Positions 62,770 to 64,000 of a stretch of DNA of 64,000 bases are shown one piece after another. The DNA comes from Eukaryota sp. GEM-RC1. Taxonomy: Eukaryota. The DNA lies in NCBI GenBank assembly GCA_040285855.1, contig JAUFOQ010000001.1:1364001-1428000 (forward strand), in the 5' to 3' direction. The notes under the pieces were generated by a model. It did no database searches. It had not been told where the DNA came from and worked only from the letters and a program-made list of their open reading frames with translations. The position numbers and the translations under genes are program-made. The first letter of the stretch is position 1. Each line of letters starts with the position of its first letter.

Positions 62770-64000
62770 ATGTCATTCTCTCTACCCTCAATAGAAACTC
62801 TTTCTATCATTCTTGACGAACCCTTCCTCTCCAACCAAACCATTACATTTGGAGAAGAGTCCATTGAAGTTAATAAGTTCGTACTAGCAGCTCATTCCAC
62901 GTACTTCCGATCCCTCTGGTTCTTGGAGTTTGGTGACAAGTTTGAGAAGCCCATTGACTTCTCCCATCTTCCCGTGAGTTCTGACAACTTCTTCGTTTTC
63001 CTTAAGTCCTTCTATGAACGATCTTTCACCCTCAACGAGAGCAATGCTTACGACTTCTTTTACCTCGTCCACTACTTCCAAGTGGACAAGCTCATTCACC
63101 ACGTCGAAAACCACCTCAACACTCATCTCATGACCTGGGCTTGGTTAAAACCATTCATTAAAGAAGCAGATGAAAGAAATGACTTGAGAGCTCTGGAATT
63201 CGTTGGTCGTTTCTTTTCTAAAATTGATGACTTGTTGATTGATGACGTGATGGCAATCACTACCGAAGGTTTTAAAACTCTTGTAAAATATTGGACGTCC
63301 GCTGAATCACAGTCGTGGTTCATTAAATCAATTGTGGAATCACTTTTGAATCAAAATTTTGATATGAGTGAATTTTTAAATATCCTAAATTCTTGCTCAA
63401 TTGAAGCCTTTTCTTTTCAACAATGGGATGATTTTCTGTTTGTTCCTTTAAAAGATGTTGAAGAATTGGAAGCCGATTTGATGAAGTTTTTGTTTACGAG
63501 AGTTAAGCATCTATATTTTGATTCGTTGGTTAAAGAAGTTTCTGATTTGAAGGAAGAAGTATCGGAATTAACTACCAAAATTACTGATGTAGAAAGTAAC
63601 AATTCTGAGTTAAACTCACTTACTACCGATTTAACAACGGAAGTTCAAGTCTTGAAGACAGAAAATTCTGGTTTATCCAAACAAGTTCATGATTCAAAAG
63701 AAGAAAACTCTCATTTGAAGACAGAAAATTCTGGTTTATCCAAACAAGTTCATGATTCAAAAGAAGAAAACTCTCATTTGAAGACAGAAAATTCTGGTTT
63801 ATCCAAACAAGTTCATGATTCAAAAGAAGAAAACTCTCATTTGAAGACAGAAAATTCTGCTTTATCCATGCAAATTCAGAATATAATTACCACAAATTCT
63901 CACTCTCTTAATGAAATTACTAAATTACAACAAGAAATTGAACAACTAAAAAAGATAGCTGCAGAAACTCAACTGATGTCCCAATCAGTTCCTCAATCAA
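62770..64000 (+). CDS. BTB-coiled-coil-(SPRY) copy F, runs off the window end
   Basis: ATG 62770 MSFSLPSIETL; the start and the window-end SQSVPQS (just before SPRY in other copies) are in the same frame. Confidence 0.88.
   Translation, partial: MSFSLPSIETLSIILDEPFLSNQTITFGEESIEVNKFVLAAHSTYFRSLWFLEFGDKFEKPIDFSHLPVSSDNFFVFLKSFYERSFTLNESNAYDFFYLVHYFQVDKLIHHVENHLNTHLMTWAWLKPFIKEADERNDLRALEFVGRFFSKIDDLLIDDVMAITTEGFKTLVKYWTSAESQSWFIKSIVESLLNQNFDMSEFLNILNSCSIEAFSFQQWDDFLFVPLKDVEELEADLMKFLFTRVKHLYFDSLVKEVSDLKEEVSELTTKITDVESNNSELNSLTTDLTTEVQVLKTENSGLSKQVHDSKEENSHLKTENSGLSKQVHDSKEENSHLKTENSGLSKQVHDSKEENSHLKTENSALSMQIQNIITTNSHSLNEITKLQQEIEQLKKIAAETQLMSQSVPQS
63652..63859 (+). repeat. Perfect 63-bp tandem repeat (3.3 units) in the coiled coil
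   Basis: Unit encodes LKTENSGLSKQVHDSKEENSH; units start at 63652, 63715, 63778 and 63841 (partial). Confidence 0.95.

Overview
AT-rich eukaryotic (protist-like) DNA using the standard genetic code, with two short GTATGT-AG spliceosomal introns. A shortened RPS8 is compatible with a metamonad-type organism, but that is inference. A compact housekeeping island at ~54.2-58.2 kb holds RPS8, EIF1AD, a COMM-domain protein, a RAD51 paralogue, an Alba protein and a nucleoside hydrolase. The rest is a transposon-rich accessory region. It contains six copies of a BTB/POZ-coiled-coil-SPRY(B30.2) gene family, a RING-kinase-coiled-coil-SPRY gene, two RNI-like LRR genes and fragments, a BIRC6/UBE2Z-type E2, a Crinkler-like ATPase+nuclease gene, and many hAT, MULE, pogo, LTR and non-LTR remnants. 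Two systems stand out. (1) A SPRY repertoire with a conserved scaffold and four hypervariable loops. It shows a 230-bp perfectly identical tract between a headless cassette and an intact gene (gene-conversion-like), variable coiled-coil length, SPRY swapping onto a RING-kinase, and head-to-head pairing with LRR genes. (2) Three different small LTR retroelements that lack a tRNA primer-binding site and instead carry a 12-bp palindrome starting at the 5' LTR terminal CA. Two palindrome sequences occur (CAATAATTATTG twice, CAATTATAATTG once), suggesting tRNA-independent priming. All domain calls come from reading motifs by eye; no searches were run.
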